From Epithemia pelagica (lineage: Eukaryota > Protista > Bacillariophyta), in assembly GCA_946965045.2 (NCBI GenBank), contig OX337231.1, positions 558,001 to 622,000 on the forward strand: a stretch of DNA of 64,000 bases, written 5' to 3'. Shown here piece by piece: positions 9,345 to 20,819 of the stretch; within the stretch, counting starts at the first letter, position 1, and every line of letters begins with the position of its first letter. Made by a program: the position numbers and the translations under genes. Under the pieces are notes generated by a model that saw nothing but the letters and a program-made list of their open reading frames with translations, had not been told where the DNA came from and did no database searches.

Positions 9345-10645
9345 CTACCTAGTAGAGGGTGTTCCATGGGCCAAACAATGATGCCATCCGTTTGGAAACT
9401 GCTCGCCGAGTCGACAAAAGCACCATGTATGCTTGTCCATGAGCGGTAATGTCGAACAGGAAGGATTCCGACGTCCACTAATCACAGCAATTTGATTCGC
9501 AATCGTTACCATACTGCCTTGTTCATGTTCGTCTGGCAAGGATGGGAGATGCCACTCGCGGTGTCGATGCGTATCCCAGACTTGCACGGTTTGACGGCGT
9601 TCTCCAGCCACAACCAGACACGATCCCACAGCTCCCGCTGTACAGGAACCTCCTGGATACGTAAGCACAAAATCCGAATGTGTGGTCCAAGAGGACGAGA
9701 GGGAAATTACTGTAGAAGCAGTATCCTCATTCTCATGAGGTTTTGGAAAGTCCAAAAACTTCACCGAGTCAAGTTCGCCGTTACCAAACTCCAACGAGTC
9801 ACGTTCGACACTATCATTTTTGTTTTTGCCTCCAACGACAAAGATTCGGTGGCCAACGACCGCGCTGGCGCAACATGATCGAGGAACGTTCATGTTTGGT
9901 CCCTTAATGACGGTATGGTTGATGGTATCAATAATATCCACCGACGATAAGTATGCCCTGTTCGATCCGCCCATTACCACAATGTATCTATTGTGAACCG
10001 CAGCTGCACAACATCCTGCTCTTCCCGCTGATAAGCGACAACTCAATGTTGCCCAATTGCTCTCATGTGTGTTGCTGTTTGTTAAAGATGATTCCAGCAA
10101 ATCAATGGTATCAATCCGTTCCATACAATCTAACGCTAAATATTCACCATTTTGTCCTCCCATAACGTAGATCCCTCCGTTGCACACAACAGCAGCATGT
10201 TCGTCACGTTTCTTGTTCAAGGGTGGCCCTTGTCGCCACCGTTTGTTTGGTTCTGCTAAATTTAGTAGAAGAACAGAGTTGAGGGTGCCTTGACCTTGTT
10301 GATATCCACCCAACACGACGACCGTTTGTCNNNNNNNNNNNNNNNNNNNNNNNNNNNNNNNNNNNNNNNNNNNNNNNNNNNNNNNNNNNNNNNNNNNNNN
10401 NNNNNNNNNNNNNNNNNNNNNNNNNNNNNNNNNNNNNNNNNNNNNNNNNNNNNNNNNNNNNNNNNNNNNNNNNNNNNNNNNNNNNNNNNNNNNNNNNNNN
10501 NNNNNNNNNNNNNNNNNNNNNNNNNNNNNNGAAACATACGCCATCCATCCTCAAGAAGAGGCCAATCCACTTCATTCCATTCGGAGGTCTCGTCCAGAAG
10601 AACAAGGTCCGACTGCCATGCCTGTTCTTTCAATGTTATTGTCAT
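9345..10645 (-). CDS. Kelch-repeat protein (spans the assembly gap)
   Basis: Repeated Kelch motifs VVVLGG, IYVMGG, IVVMGG, IFVVGG with R..(H/C).A spacing and W/P ends. Probable N-terminus MTITLKEQ...DGWRMF at 10645 lies on the other side of the N-gap. Confidence 0.85.
10331..10530. other. Assembly gap (200 N)
   Basis: Run of n characters. Confidence 1.
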
Positions 10646-10685
10646 GCTGAATGGAGAAAGTTTATGGGAATATTACTTCTTTCTC

Positions 10686-11053
10686 CACCCCTAGCGGGGG
10701 TGGTTTTCACGGTCTAATTTCAGTGTTACACCCTTGAAGACTTCCTCGCTAGGGAGTGATTCTTGCGCCTACGTTCATTGCGTAGTCCCCAGCGGGAGTG
10801 GTTTTGAGGTTGTGGATCAGAGAAACTACACCCTATAAGCCACCCCCGCTGGGGGTGGTTCATTGCGCTTGTGGCTGCATCCCACGTCCCGGCGACATAC
10901 TTGTGAGCGGATACAATTTGCTTTGAATTAAAAGGTATGCGAAACGCGGGGATTGATTCGTGGTCGCAACCTTCGAAGGACACCCCGTAGCGGCAAGTGT
11001 TATTTAATATCCCACTGAAAATTAACCCCTTAAACCCCTTCCGCTAGGGCGTG
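10686..11053. mobile_element. Degenerate MITE-like foldback element with internal GCT/AGC-loop hairpin motif repeats
   Basis: Imperfect ~40-bp terminal inverted repeats (CACCCCTAGCGG...TAATTTCAGTG vs CACTGAAAATTA...CCGCTAGGGCGTG); about 6 copies of a CACCCCCGCT(A/G)GGGGGTGG-like motif; no clear TSD. Confidence 0.5.
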
Positions 11054-11612
11054 CTTCCATGGACACCCCCATTGCAATTTACGGTGTCCGTAGTCCGTAT
11101 GTGTGTGTATGTAGCCTTCCTCGTAGTGTGTCCAGTACGAGTTACGAGTACGAGTACCGACAATCCGGGACCCAAACAAACCCATCTACTGGTCCCAAGT
11201 CCCTCTAAGCCTTCCGCAAACATCGTTTCAGCCCCAGTGTCACGAAATGGTACTATGAACTATGATGATATGGTACAACAACGAAAGAGAGACCAGTAGC
11301 ACGTGTAGTACATAACATGATGCTGTTTGTTCGTTCATTCATTCGGCAAACCTCTCGTTCTACTAAGTAGCTTGGAAGGAACAATGTTACGAAATGGTAC
11401 TAGTATCGGATGGTACACAACGAACGAGACCCGTGTAAAGTGATGTTGGTTCGTCAGTCGTTTTCATTCGAGGAAACCACAAACTATTGATTCGATTTGA
11501 CACTTGGTGTTCCATACTAATAATACAGTGTATGAGACTTGAGTAGTTCCCAGTAGTGAAGCCCCCTTTGGTCCGTTTGGCTGCTCGTCTGGTACACAAG
11601 TTGTGGTGGTTG

Positions 11613-12710
11613 TTAGGGTTTGTCTTGTGGTTGTGGCAGGCTTCCTGTATGGGCAAATTCTTGCAGGGCTTGGAGAGAGGAACCATTGGGACCGCTGCCG
11701 CTGAAGCAGCTGGTGGCGACAAACTGCCATTGCACCCTTCCAGGTGGCAAAACGGTGGAATTGTCCAGTTCGTAGGAGCCCGTCGCATTGCCCGGCCACC
11801 ATTCCGGTTGTTGGACGGCCAATAGTTTTTCTAATTCTGTCCGTAATTGCAATTGCAATCGTCGGACATTCTTGGCCTTTTTGGTGTCGGATTTGTGACA
11901 GGCCACCACAATCGTGGTGCAAGGCTGGTGGGACGATGATGGTGGATGAGAACTGTAGGTATTCCAGACTTGATACAAAATGGCCGCCGCATCCTTGACA
12001 GATTGTGTCGCATCCAACACCAAGACAATTCGCAAATTGGGACAGGTTTGATACAGCTGGTACAAGGCCGGATTGGATTCCAAAAAGGAACCTCCGGCTG
12101 TGACGGATTTGGACGCATGACCGGGCCAATCGATATACCGTACTTTGTTGTACTGCCCATTCGCCGCAGCAACGGCCACATTGGCCTTGAGACTCGTGAC
12201 CGTCAAGGGACGTTTGGTGTTTGTTGTGTCGTTGGAGGATTGCTTGGCCTTGGCGTTTGTCAAGAGTTGAATCAAGAGGCTCGTCTTGCCGGCTTGTGCG
12301 GGTCCACACAGTAACACAGTGCCGTCAAAGTGGTGCGAGGGTTGCTTCAAGAGTCGCATGGCCGACGACGACAGGTACTGCGTTTCCCGATCCAACCAAT
12401 CATCATCGTCGTCATCGTCACCACCTTGGGTGTTGGCACTGTCACTGGACCGTACAATGGCACTTTTCTTCTTCTTGTTTGTCAACTGGGCCAGGAGCCA
12501 GAGCAGGAATCGCGTCACCACCATCAGGACCAAGCCCTGGACCAGGACAGTGACCGTGCCTTGGTCATGACCCACCCAAGGTTCCAAGAAGGGATCCCAG
12601 GTTTCGCGCATGGCCCGAACCAGAGGAGGAGGTAACAAGGGTTCCAAGACCCATGTTCGAACCGCCGTTTGCCACGGCATGGAGGATGACGATGACGACG
12701 ACGACGACAT
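11613..12710 (-). CDS. SRPRB: Signal recognition particle receptor beta subunit (Arf/Sar-like GTPase with N-terminal TM helix)
   Basis: N-terminal TM segment, P-loop LLCGPAQAGKTSL, TVTS, IDWPGH, IVLVLDAT, VACHKSD..., QLRTELEKL. Confidence 0.85.
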   Translation of the reverse strand: MSSSSSSSSSMPWQTAVRTWVLEPLLPPPLVRAMRETWDPFLEPWVGHDQGTVTVLVQGLVLMVVTRFLLWLLAQLTNKKKKSAIVRSSDSANTQGGDDDDDDDWLDRETQYLSSSAMRLLKQPSHHFDGTVLLCGPAQAGKTSLLIQLLTNAKAKQSSNDTTNTKRPLTVTSLKANVAVAAANGQYNKVRYIDWPGHASKSVTAGGSFLESNPALYQLYQTCPNLRIVLVLDATQSVKDAAAILYQVWNTYSSHPPSSSHQPCTTIVVACHKSDTKKAKNVRRLQLQLRTELEKLLAVQQPEWWPGNATGSYELDNSTVLPPGRVQWQFVATSCFSGSGPNGSSLQALQEFAHTGSLPQPQDKP

Positions 12711-13060
12711 GGTCGATTGCTCTTAGTGTGTTTTTTTTTTGGCCCAGAGTGTGTGACCCCGCGGCGGCGTGACGACGGCGCATTCTTCGGTCGCACTAGC
12801 AAATAGAGAGAGAGGAGAGTCCCCCCACCACCCCCCATATAATATCAAATGACGTCTTTTGGAAGACGAGAAGAAACGGTTTATTGTTCAAAAGCGACAA
12901 ATTTATGACAAGAAAGATTCATTTTTTCTGATATTCCAATGATTTTGTGGTATATTCCAACCCAACATCAAAGATTGGGACACCAGAACAAAGACGAAAC
13001 TCCTCCTGGTCGTCCTATCATTGTCCAAATCAACAACAAGAACAACAACAACCTTGTCTC

Positions 13061-15803
13061 ATGAGCTCGTCGTCGTCGTCTCACATCCAACACTCGAAGG
13101 ATTCGGCATGGTTGGAGGAATTGGAACAAGGAGGAGAACGGTCCCCACCAGCACCACCAAACCTTGGTAGTCCTCGGCCACCACCACAACCACGACGACG
13201 AAAGGCCTCTGCACCCAAACGACTTCCCCCCGAAAATGATGAAGGGGACGAATCCGACAACGAGTGGATCCCTTCAAGGACGAGGAGGACCGCCGCCGCC
13301 GCCGTCTCTCGGAGAAGATTGGCTGCCGACGCCAAAGTGTTGTACTACCGAAACAACTCCCATCCAACCAAGGACAACAATCACAACAAGAAGCATCGCA
13401 ATCCTGTACTACAACAAGAACCAGAGGAAGAAGAGCCAGAAGAAGAAGAAGAAGAAAACCCTCCTGAAGAAGGAAGGCGCTCCCACAGTCGAAATTCCGA
13501 GAGGTGCAGCCGCAACCAGGAAGAAGTGGAGGCACGTGTGAGGAACCGTAATGATGAACCAATGGTGGCAGATCGAACCGTGAGTCCATCGTCGACATTC
13601 CAATCCTTAGTGTCGAGCAGGAAAAACCCTCCTCGTACCACACGGCGTCCATTGAGGTTTGAACAAGACGAAGAAGAAGACAATGACAAAGAGGAGGAGG
13701 AGGAGGAAGAAGAAGAAGAAGATACCCGTTCTACCTCCAGTCCAAACGACAATGACCCGGAAGAATTGGAGGGCGACGAGGAAGCCACACAAAATGATGA
13801 TGAAACAAGTCCAGACAATGCCGAAACGCCGTGTCCCTACACGTGGATTCAATTGGGACACGAGTACATGGTAGCGTATGGCCCTCGCAATAATCTGTTG
13901 CATGCCGCCAGGATCCTACGAGGTCCCTATGCTGCGGCGAGGAAGCAATGGGTGGTGGACATTTCCTGGGTGGGATCCTGTTGGACCGAGGAAGAGACCA
14001 AATGTTGCACCTTGGTGATGAATCCCAATGCCCCTCGAAGGCTGGGCACGCGTCGGGCACCACCGCAACGCCTTCGTCGTTTTTGTCGACGACGACGACG
14101 CACGAGTCCGAGGCATGCCTCATTCTCCAATCTCGAATCCTCCAAACGGCAACGACAACGATATTCCTCTCCTGTGAGTCGTAGGAATGCCCGAGGCGAT
14201 AATCCAGGAGGAGCACCACCGGTTGTGCGTGCCGCAGCCATTGTGTCACCCACACCGAACCGTACACGGACCACTGCGGAGGACGAGGACGACGAGGAGG
14301 TTCTGGTGTGTGACACTGTGGTAGCCCATCGACAATCTCCCCTCATTGGTCTCGAACTAAACCTGGACCAACTCGAATGTGTCGACGACAATTGCAGTGA
14401 AATGGATGCCGTGAATGGTGGTGGTTTGCCGGAACGTGAAGTGGTTGGGCCAGAGGAACGCACCGTGACTCCGGAACGACGCGTCACCCAAGAGGACAAG
14501 CCGAATCAGGAAAGCGACAGGGAGGGAGAAGAAGAGGATAGCCACGAGGATGAAGCGTTTCAGACAGCCCTCACTGCATTGTTACACATGTCGATACGGG
14601 TGGACCGAGCGAAACGTGCTCTTCGGGAAGTAGGCCCTCCCTATAGCATTCAGGAAGCGGTCCATAAAATTCAAAACGAACAAGGGAACAGAGGCCGCTT
14701 TCAAGTAACCATTGGTATGAAAATCCGCAAGCCATTCAACGGACAGTACTACAATGGAACGGTTCAAAAGAAAATAAGAGGTAAAGTCCTCAATGAGGAT
14801 GACACATTGGTACGCATGTGGAAAATCCAGTACGAAGATGGCGACATAGAGGATATGGAATGGGAAGAAATTATAAAATTTGCTGATTCCCCGCCGCGAG
14901 AATGCCTGGGCCGAAAAATGGGTTGTTTGGAACTCTTTTGTGGTAAGATGATAGACGAGGACGTCGCTCCCAGTCTTGCGCTCCTTGCAGCGAAAACCTA
15001 ACGATCTGACATTGGTACTCACAGGTAATGCAATTGTGACTCAAGAATTTGCAAAGTTGGAGGACTGGCGAGTCTGTGCCGTGGACAATGATCCAAACTC
15101 CAACTCCACCCTCACCAAAGACATTTTGAAGCTCGATCCAAGTGCGGATCTGCCCTTCGTACCAGACTTTATCTGGGCTTCTCCACCTTGCCAAACGTAC
15201 TCAAAGCTGGCTGGGGGTAGACACAGAGGAATGAAACCAGGCACGTTCAATCGGACAGAGGCCTCCCATCATCACGACAAGTTATTCACCAAGATGGTGG
15301 AAATCATAAAATGGGCCAAGGTAAGGGGTTTTATAATCTTGTTGCGATGGTTTTCGATGAAAGCTAGTTTATTGTCAGCGTTTTGTGTGGTTAAGCTTAC
15401 GTTTCGCAAAACTACATTATTGCAGAAAAAGCACCCCCATTTGATCGTGGTGATAGAGAATCCAGTGGGCTTATTGCAACACATGCCACTCATGCAGGAG
15501 CTGGAAAATATGATACCGGAACTATCTATGCTACGGATACACTACTGTGCCTTTGGACGGGATGAGAAGAAACCAACTCATTTGTGGACAAATGACAGTC
15601 GTTTGAGGAACGATTTGAGCAAGTTCACTTGTAAAAAACGTTGTCAATTGAGGGACCGGGATGCGCATATCCCTACGCGCGAACTGATGAAAGACTACGA
15701 TGTTGGATCGATCCCGGACATGTTGGCAAGAGAAGTGGCACATCAAGTCGACGCAAGCTTGTTGCGTCAAGATATCCGTTTCGAACCCGCAAGTGAGCCG
15801 TAG
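13061..15803 (+). CDS. C5 cytosine DNA methyltransferase with long acidic N-terminus, UBA-like and Tudor-like domains; 3 exons (13061-14942, 15025-15320, 15426-15803), ~851 aa
   Basis: GT-AG introns 14943-15024 (branch CTGAC) and 15321-15425 give one frame. Motif I LELFCG, IV ASPPCQTYS, VI IENP, VIII YCAFG..KKPT.LWTN. Tudor-like K.F.G..Y.GTV...W.I.YEDGD.ED..WEE and UBA-like AL.AL..M.....RA.RAL just upstream. Confidence 0.85.
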
Positions 15804-16158
15804 AAGATGGCATTTAACAATGTGACAAGTCACCGTCTGATAGCATGTTGGTTGTCGCGCAACTGTTAATGTTGTGGTTTTTGTTGTTTGCCACAGCGGA
15901 CGACCGCATGCTCAGTTGGGAATTTGTCGTTGGGGTTCCAAGAAGATCCATTGGCCCATTATTAGGAGCAAGACTCTTATCCTTGTCTTCATGGTCCATC
16001 GACTGTCGTCATTGTTGTTGCAGTATCTGATTCATTTCAACCATGTCTGGTTTGCCTATTTCAACGGAGCAATTACCAGTGGAGCGTCGTCGGGCCATGC
16101 GGCCATGTCGTTGTTGTAATTGTTGTCGTTGTTAAGAAGAAGGCATCTGTTCTGACTC

Positions 16159-18471
16159 TTACAATGGACCAACAGGTTGCAATGCCAAGGACCGCCTGGG
16201 TGGCAATGATTGACGAGCCTTGTCGTCTCTACCGACCGTAGCGTGCACATGCACTGAGTCGGTTCCCCTAACTGATAGGGACGGCATGCTACGAATAGAC
16301 CCTTGTTCCTCCTCGAACAATAGGTGTTTTTGTCGTCGTGCTTGGGTGGCCCATGCCTTACGGTGCGCCAATTCGTGTTGGCGTAGCAATGTGTTGGCTT
16401 GGCGGCGTAGTGTTAATAGGTCGCGTCCTTTTTGATAGGAGGCGGCCATTCGAGATGATGATGACGATGACGTTTGTTCTTGGGAAAGAGAATTTTTCTG
16501 TTTGGAGCAGAAGGATGACTGGGAATCCATGGAAGCTAGAGACATGGAGGATCCCATTGAACGGCGTCGTTGGAGACGAGGGGTTCTCGTTGGTTTGTGA
16601 GAAACAACAGTATCTTGTTGGGGAGTCTTGTCCGGTACAGCGATTGAGTACTCCTTCTCCTCATCATCCTTCTCGTCTGCTGGTCGACCCGTTGCACTTT
16701 CGTCGTTGGATTGTACGAGGGACTGTTTCATTGGAATGGCCGGCGGATCGTCGGACTTGGGCATCTCAGAAGCGTCATCATTCTCTTGGTCTTCCGGAAT
16801 GATGGACAAGCAATCATAAAACTGATCTTGATCTTCGTCCACCAACGTGCTCCCAAACACCTTTGGCTGTGTTTGGACTTCTCTGGACGAATGCTGAGCG
16901 ATTTCCTCCGTGTTTGTTTCGTCGTTGGGTTTCTCTGTCAGTACCGAGGATGGGGCGACCGAGATCTCTACCGTTTCGTCGGCTCTGTTGCTCGTACCAT
17001 CTGCAGCAGCACTCAAACCAAACGTTGGAGGGTCTGTGGTCATGTCCTCCTGGACCAATGATATGGTTGTTTCATCATCTCCAAGGACAAGACTTGCACT
17101 GATGGCGGCTGCTCCTGTGTTGGTGACTGTGGAGGATTCACTGCTGTTGTGGTTGGGACTCGTCTCGTCTGGCAGCTCTGGAGTGCAAGGAGATTCCGAC
17201 TTGTGGCTTTCGTTTCCCATGTCAGCCGACTCTCTACGAATAGGATCCAACAACAAGGCGCTGCTGGACTCCTTATTGTTGCCATTGGGTGCATTTGAGA
17301 AAGCAAGACTGCTTGGCGACGAGACCATGGTACCATTGGATGGTGGTAAATTGCCAGTCGACCCCCGTCGAGTCATTTTTCGTGTGGTTCGTGGAACTGG
17401 GAGAGGAGGAGCATCCTCTTGTTGATACTCTGTCTGGTTATTTGTTGACTTGCCAGTACCATCGGGATGCCGACAAGTGCTCATGTGTTTGTCCTGAGAC
17501 TGGTTAATGAATTGAGGAGGAGACCATGATGCCGACGTAGTCTCCCTTCCGCTTGTCCCAATGACGGGTGAGGGTGACGGGGAATTGGTTCCTGCTTGGT
17601 TGCTGGTGGATTGTGTGGCTGCAGTTCCGGTAGATCCGCGACGGGGCATGCGCAATGACCGTCGTCGTTCCGTGGTGGTATTGGTAGATTGACTCTTGGA
17701 GGGAATCGACGAAACCACAGCAATTCCACTTTCTCCCCCTCCTTGTCCTTGTCGTCCTCGAATGTTGTCTTCACGCTCCTCGGAAGGGTGTTGCGCCGTG
17801 GATGGTGGTTGGTTGTTTTTGCGCTGTGACTGTTGCCATGCTCGTGACTTTTCCATCCATTCACGCCGGGTTGCCAAACCTTGTTGTTTAGTACTCTGTG
17901 CCATCCAGCGTCGGAGCGCCATTTGCTCTTGTCCCTTTTGATAGGCGTGCGCCATGCGGCGAGCCGTTTCCCGCTGTACTTGTTGTTGTCGTTGCTGCTG
18001 CTGCGCCCGGGAATCCTGCGTGGTAAAGGTGGAAAGGGAGGAAACACTACTGCCACCACCATCATCACCTCTGCTCTTGTGGCTGGTCCACCACAAGCTC
18101 CCCAAGTCACGTTTCTTACTATTTCTACTAGAACGACTGGCCGCCACGCTGTGACTTTGGTCCGGTGGTGGTCCCAACGAGAACGATGCAGCGGCACCAC
18201 CACCCACATGTCTCGATGCAGGATGTGGAGTGGTGCAATTCTGGTTGGGAGTAGTGTTGGCGTGACGTGTCGTCATGGTTGTGGGGTTAGTTGTAGTAGT
18301 AGTAGTAGTAGGCGCATAGAGGACCGATTCCGTCTGTTGTTGCAAGGTCCGGTTGTTGAGTGAAATTCTCGTTTGGAGAAGCGTGTAAATGTCGTCTGGT
18401 TCGGTCGATCGCATTGGTTGGGTCATGATCACTAGTTCTGGAGGACCAGGGGAGGACACAGTCGTCGTCAT
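16159..18471 (-). CDS. Large low-complexity (S/T/Q-rich) hypothetical protein with an internally duplicated motif
   Basis: ~770-aa open frame from ATG 18471; two copies of (A/S)YQKG....LRR and two RRGSTG motifs. Confidence 0.7.
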   Translation of the reverse strand: MTTTVSSPGPPELVIMTQPMRSTEPDDIYTLLQTRISLNNRTLQQQTESVLYAPTTTTTTTNPTTMTTRHANTTPNQNCTTPHPASRHVGGGAAASFSLGPPPDQSHSVAASRSSRNSKKRDLGSLWWTSHKSRGDDGGGSSVSSLSTFTTQDSRAQQQQRQQQVQRETARRMAHAYQKGQEQMALRRWMAQSTKQQGLATRREWMEKSRAWQQSQRKNNQPPSTAQHPSEEREDNIRGRQGQGGGESGIAVVSSIPSKSQSTNTTTERRRSLRMPRRGSTGTAATQSTSNQAGTNSPSPSPVIGTSGRETTSASWSPPQFINQSQDKHMSTCRHPDGTGKSTNNQTEYQQEDAPPLPVPRTTRKMTRRGSTGNLPPSNGTMVSSPSSLAFSNAPNGNNKESSSALLLDPIRRESADMGNESHKSESPCTPELPDETSPNHNSSESSTVTNTGAAAISASLVLGDDETTISLVQEDMTTDPPTFGLSAAADGTSNRADETVEISVAPSSVLTEKPNDETNTEEIAQHSSREVQTQPKVFGSTLVDEDQDQFYDCLSIIPEDQENDDASEMPKSDDPPAIPMKQSLVQSNDESATGRPADEKDDEEKEYSIAVPDKTPQQDTVVSHKPTRTPRLQRRRSMGSSMSLASMDSQSSFCSKQKNSLSQEQTSSSSSSRMAASYQKGRDLLTLRRQANTLLRQHELAHRKAWATQARRQKHLLFEEEQGSIRSMPSLSVRGTDSVHVHATVGRDDKARQSLPPRRSLALQPVGPL

Positions 18472-18899
18472 GGAGACAAATGGCAAGCAATCGTTGCTGC
18501 CAATCCAGGTAGTTAGTGTTACGTTTGGATGGGAGAAGTGTGTGTTTGTTTTGATTTTTTGTTTTTGTGAGAGGGCGAAAAAGAACTCTCTCCGCGTTCT
18601 GTGCAATTCTCAATCGGTTTTAGGGGGGTTCTTTTTTCCTCATTCCGAATTCCGAACCCTTCTTCTTCTTCGTGACGCAACCGATGGACCTATGACGCAC
18701 CAATTTGACAAGGTAGAGATTTTCCGGCAAAAACCACATGCATAAAATTCAATCAAAACGTCCATGCGATAGCCATCGTCGTTTCCAATGAATGTATTTG
18801 AAACGACTACGACGGATCAAATGGAAGGAACAAAAGGTGACTCAACAATCAACCCAACGCCATGGCCACCTTCGAAACAAGAAGATTCTCACTCATCAT

Positions 18900-19105
18900 T
18901 GTGGTGGTAGTGGCTTGACCAGGGCCGCAGAGCAACACTACGAGAGAGAGAGAGACTGAAAGGGGTGTGAACAAAGTGTTATCAGGGAGGATTACTGGTG
19001 GAACAATAGAACGATGGAGGACCGAACGCGCCGCTGTCCAATGGAAGCACAGGAAAGCAAGGGAGTTGTCAGGTTGACCAGGGAGAACAACATGCATGCG
19101 TCGCT
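18900..19105 (-). pseudogene. Relic fragment of an MscS-family paralogue
   Basis: DNA-level similarity to 21422-21500 (inverted) and 21581-21710 (direct), which encode degenerate MscS segments. Confidence 0.6.
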
Positions 19106-19192
19106 AAGCCTGGACCATTAAGATCTTTAGGATCAGTGCCCGCCAGTGCAGTTGCGGTCGTCGTTTCTTGCGCTTTCGACACAGAACCGATT

Positions 19193-20041
19193 TTACCAGT
19201 CACAGGGTTTGACGCCTTCTCCATAATTGCCATGCCAAAATTGCCCCGATGTTTCCTCGGTAATATTTTCGTGAATGGCTTGCAAGACGCCCTACGCACT
19301 CACATCGACGGGTCGTTGTCCGGGCATGGGTTCGGCATTGGGAACAATGTCGGTAAAGACAAAGCCGGGATGAACGAGGCCCACGGCCACCTTGGCTGGT
19401 GTATCCTGGTCCTTGCCCAAGGCTTTGGGCAAATCGTGACTGAGTGACTTGCCAATCATGTTGACGGCGGTTTTGGAGGCACGGTACGCATAGGCACCTC
19501 CCGACGTAATGTCTGCAATGGATCCCATCAACGACGACACAATAGCCACCTTGACAACAAGTGCATCCTCCTCATTGTCCTTCACGACGGCGGCACGAAG
19601 ATTGGGCAAGAGTGCCTTGGTCACAAACAAGGGTGCCATGGCATTGAGTTGAAAGGCATACATCATGCGATGAGGAGTAATGGTATCCAAGTCTTGAGAC
19701 TGAAAAACGTCTTGCACGGACACGAGAGATTCGTCGGGTGGTCCAAAGGCGCCGGCATTGTGAATCAACAAATGGACGGGTGTGGGAGAATCGCTGGTGG
19801 TTTGCAAGGCGGTCATGACGGCCGATCCACCGTCCATGGCGTCTTCTTTCAGCAAATCCAATCCTTCGACAACCTTCAATTTCTCGTCGTTGGAGGCGAG
19901 TTCGGTCAAGGCTGGACTTGTTTTGCGACAGAGGGCATAGATTTCACCGTACCGATCATTCGACAACAATTGACGACAGAGTTCCAATCCCAATCCCTTG
20001 TTGGCACCGGTAATCACGACATTTTGCCGTTTCGAGGTCAT
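19193..20041 (-). CDS. Short-chain dehydrogenase/reductase (C-factor-like) with one in-frame TAG at 19292-19294
   Basis: VITGANKGLG, LIHNAG, SSxMGSI, YRASK, VHPGFVxTD. The frame continues past the TAG as GVLQAIHE...SGQFWHGNYGEGVKPCDW* (stop 19193-19195), a typical SDR C-terminus. Confidence 0.85.
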
Positions 20042-20520
20042 GATGATGTTCAAAAAAGCTGCTAGGAAAAAAAGAATAGTAGGTCGAGCAAGAAAAGGCA
20101 TAGAGTCGATTGCAAATAAATGATCTTGAGAAACAGGAAGAATCCTGTTCCCAACTTGCATGTCTTCGTTCCTGTTCGCGCTGGATGTTGCACCCATCCT
20201 CAGCAACTTCCTGTAAACTAGTGTGAGTCCCATATTCGATATCGAAAACAGCACAAAGAGTGTGAGGAGTGAGGACTAGTTTAGGTTTTTCTACCACTAG
20301 GAAGCTACCTAGTCACACTTCACTCACACCTTGCCTAAAGTTGCAGAGATCTCAATCTCATGATGCAGAAAAGCGGAGCGCGATGGAGTCTTTCCAAGAT
20401 CCAAGAGATCTCATCCAACGGACGGACGGACGGCCCGCCCGCCCACCCCCACCATGGTCTACGCCTGGCGACCTATAGTCGTCTACAATATTGTACAACA
20501 GCACATAGGAAGTAGGAAGA

Positions 20521-20802
20521 TCATCCCAAACCAGAGGGATTGTCATAATAATATTCTATAACCGCCTTGAAACTCAAAAAACAGACCAACGGATGCCTTT
20601 CGAGAATGAGTGCTGCTAGCGACAGTTGCGAAAAGCGTTTACTATACCAATACCAAGTTTGGAACGGAGGGAGCAGACCGAGACCAGGAAGCGCGGCCCC
20701 GGGAGAGCGAGTTCCTTTGTCATTCACGGTATTGTTGTCCATCCGACTCCCGACCAATGTGAGCAGCAAATGCACTGCAGGAGTGTCTCCTTCTGTGTCC
20801 AT
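20521..20802 (-). pseudogene. Possible N-terminal relic of an MscS paralogue
   Basis: LVCFLSFKAVIEYYYDNPS resembles LATATILFYGVDNPP at the end of exon 1 of the intact MscS gene. Confidence 0.35.
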
Positions 20803-20819
20803 CTCAACAATGAGTTCCG

